Notes under the pieces: model-generated
Seen by the model: the letters and a program-made list of their open reading frames with translations, nothing else
Database searches by the model: none
What the model was told of the DNA's origin: nothing
In this document: piece after piece, positions 62,025-64,000 of the stretch
Layout: each line of letters starts with the position of its first letter
Numbering within the stretch: position 1 is the stretch's first letter
Assembly (NCBI RefSeq): GCF_000143415.4
Contig: NW_003314301.1
Coordinates: 990,702-1,054,701 of the forward strand
Source: Selaginella moellendorffii
Taxonomy: Eukaryota > Plantae > Lycopodiophyta
Length of the DNA: 64,000 bases
Reading direction: 5' to 3'
Program-made: the position numbers and the translations under genes

Positions 62025-63188
62025 ATGAGGCGACGAAGCGTAGGCGCTGTGCTTCTTGTGACACTGGTGGTGGTGGCGCTGCTCTTCGAGAATGGAAAAG
62101 CAAATCGGGAAGGTTATAAGCCTGGTTTCTTTCCTATTTTTTCTCAAGGGAAAATATTCAGGTGAAGCTTTAGCAGCTTTCAAAGAAGCGCTCGTCGACC
62201 CAAACGGTGTGCTGGATAGTTGGGATCCATCTCTGGTGAATCCGTGTACATGGTTTCGAGTGACTTGCAACAGCGACGATTTCGTGATGCGAATGTGAGT
62301 TCCAAGCTCATACATGACAAGAAGCTAACTATTATCTCCCTCATTTTGTTTTCCCGTTCCAGAGACTTGGAGAATGCATCGTTGCGAGGGAGACTAGTAC
62401 CTCACCTTGCGAGCCTCCGTCATTTGCAATATCTGTAAGTACCTACATTAAAAAGAGGAAGGAGCGCACTGTAGAGAAATAGATAGAGAATAGAATAGAG
62501 GGGCCAGTGGGGTCCTTGTCTTTGCAAAAAGAAGAGGAGGATTTGAACCTGCCACACAAGCTGCCACAGATTTTCAGTCTGTCTGCTTGGCCACTAGGAC
62601 CTTGCTGCAACTCTTGTTACATACCAGTCTTCCTTTCGACTTGTAGAAGCTGACTTGTTTCACATCTACAGGGAACTTAACAATAATCTCTTAAGCGGTT
62701 CTATCCCACGGGAACTTGGGGAGCTTAAGGAACTGATCAGCCTGGACTTGTACGACAACTATCTCACTGGAACCATTCCTGACACTTTGTCTGAGCTCAA
62801 CTCTCTCAGATTCTTGTGAGTACACTCCCAGTATCTCTCTGTCTGACTCTCGAATTAAATTAAACACTGTGTGTCGAGTGCAGAAGATTAAATAGCAATT
62901 TGCTTTCGGGATCTATTCCGGAATCACTCACCTGTTTGTCCAATCTCAAAGTAATGTAAGTGAAGAGTGTGCGTTTGATAGCAAAACTATGATTCTGATA
63001 TTCCAGAGACTTCTCGGATAACAATCTCAGCGGACGGGTTCCCAGTGATGGTTCATTCGCCCGCATGAGCTCCAAGAGGTGCGAAGATGTTCTTTTCATG
63101 CTTCAAAGTGAAGTTCGAAGTTTTATTTTCTTGCAGCTTTCAAAGAAACTCTGGTCTTTGCGGTCCCAGTGTTGGGAGAGAATGCTGA
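62025..63188 (+). CDS. Secreted SERK-type extracellular LRR protein (LRR1-like, no kinase)
   Basis: Signal peptide, LRRNT cap [24 protein letters not shown]-like LRR exons, ending [13 protein letters not shown]-stop. Confidence 0.85.
62526..62608 (-). other. tRNA-like element (pseudo-tRNA or SINE head), antisense within an intron
   Basis: On the minus strand: stem-loop ACAGA-CTGAAAA-TCTGT, B-box GGTTCAAATCC, then a T-run. The acceptor stem does not pair. Confidence 0.45.
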
Positions 63189-63392
63189 TTTCTATAATTC
63201 TCACACAGGTATATATAGCAGTATACATGTTAAGATTACGTATTATGAATGGATTGAACTTGTTGAAAAATCCCTGTGCCTTCGTTTTCGTGATTCAAGC
63301 ATTAGTGCGGGTCATAATTCAAAATATCTAGCAAGTAAGTAGCTTCATGTTTCTGTGGTTTGTGACTTACATCTGTGTTTTCATGTACAGAA

Positions 63393-64000
63393 ATGGAAAA
63401 TCATAGCTTACCGACTAGAGCAGTCGTCTTCTCTGCAAATTCGGGAGCAAACCAGAGGCTCATGTCGAAGCGCAAAAAGAACCCCCTGGATCACCTGGAG
63501 GTTGCACTGATTGGAGCAGGCAGTGGAACATATGCCCAGCTTTTGGACGAGTGCGGCCGAGCAAAGTCGGTGCTTCACGGCAAGTTTGTCCACCAGCACA
63601 TTATCGACAACGGGTACGAGCAGGACACATTCGTGGCTAATCTGGTAATGCAGATGTACATCAAGTGTGGCTGCTTGGAGGAGGCACGCCTGGTTTTTAG
63701 CAGGATGGTAAAACCGAGCCTCGTCTCATGGACCACTATGCTTTCGGCATATGCCCAGAACGGATATCCGTCGGAGGCACTGAAGCTCGTAAATTACATG
63801 GAGCTCAACGGACTGAAGCCAGACAAGGTGACCCTCTTGTGCATACTGGGAGCTTGTTCTTACATCGGAGAGATCTCACGTGCCAGGGAAGTGCATCAGC
63901 GAGTAGCTGCCTGTGGATTCGACAGCGAAACTCCTATCGGGAATTCGCTGGTCCACATGTATACGAGATGCGGTAGTCTGCAAGATGCAAGGCTCGTCTT
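63393..64000 (+). CDS. PLS-class pentatricopeptide repeat protein (5' part, runs off the window)
   Basis: Open frame with TYAQLLDECG, NLVMQMYIKCGCLEEARLVF, VSWTTMLSAYAQNG and NSLVHMYTRCGSLQDAR. It is absent from the ORF track because it has no stop in the window. Confidence 0.9.
   Translation, partial: MENHSLPTRAVVFSANSGANQRLMSKRKKNPLDHLEVALIGAGSGTYAQLLDECGRAKSVLHGKFVHQHIIDNGYEQDTFVANLVMQMYIKCGCLEEARLVFSRMVKPSLVSWTTMLSAYAQNGYPSEALKLVNYMELNGLKPDKVTLLCILGACSYIGEISRAREVHQRVAACGFDSETPIGNSLVHMYTRCGSLQDARLV

Overview
Compact land-plant nuclear DNA, most likely the lycophyte Selaginella. This is inferred from the ~40-90 nt introns, dense gene packing, PLS-type PPR gene and TRN1-like Roco gene. Two gene-rich blocks flank a nested transposon graveyard at ~12-44 kb. 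The block at ~7.5-11.7 kb holds a PIRL-type LRR gene and a histone-fold/Bromo_TP-type gene. The block at ~44.8-64 kb holds a Roco protein, MVD, Abraxas-like, GDSL lipase, plastid RPL15, GH1 beta-glucosidase, a small plant protein, DPH2, an ADNT1-like carrier, a secreted LRR protein and a PPR gene. The standout is a ~13.65-kb DNA transposon (15038-28687) with perfect 22-bp TIRs. It carries two divergent genes: a Sola1-like DDD transposase, and a ~1,600-codon spliced gene that I read as ParB/Srx-like domain + degenerate beta-class DNA amino-methyltransferase fold + acidic tract + FCP1/NIF-like HAD phosphatase. About 28 copies of a 22-bp palindrome (ATGGCRTGWGGCCWCAYGCCAT) are scattered along this element, many inside its tiny introns, and I saw none outside it. 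The arrangement recalls a parS/ParB system or a VANDAL/VANC-like anti-silencing system. This copy is disabled by stop codons consistent with C>T changes. The window also holds a Ty3/gypsy-like LTR element with TSD, a solo LTR with TSD, older LTR relics, an AT-rich bulb-lectin ORF, a COP1 fragment, a partial MVD duplicate and an intronic tRNA-like element. All domain calls come from motif recognition by eye, not from database searches.
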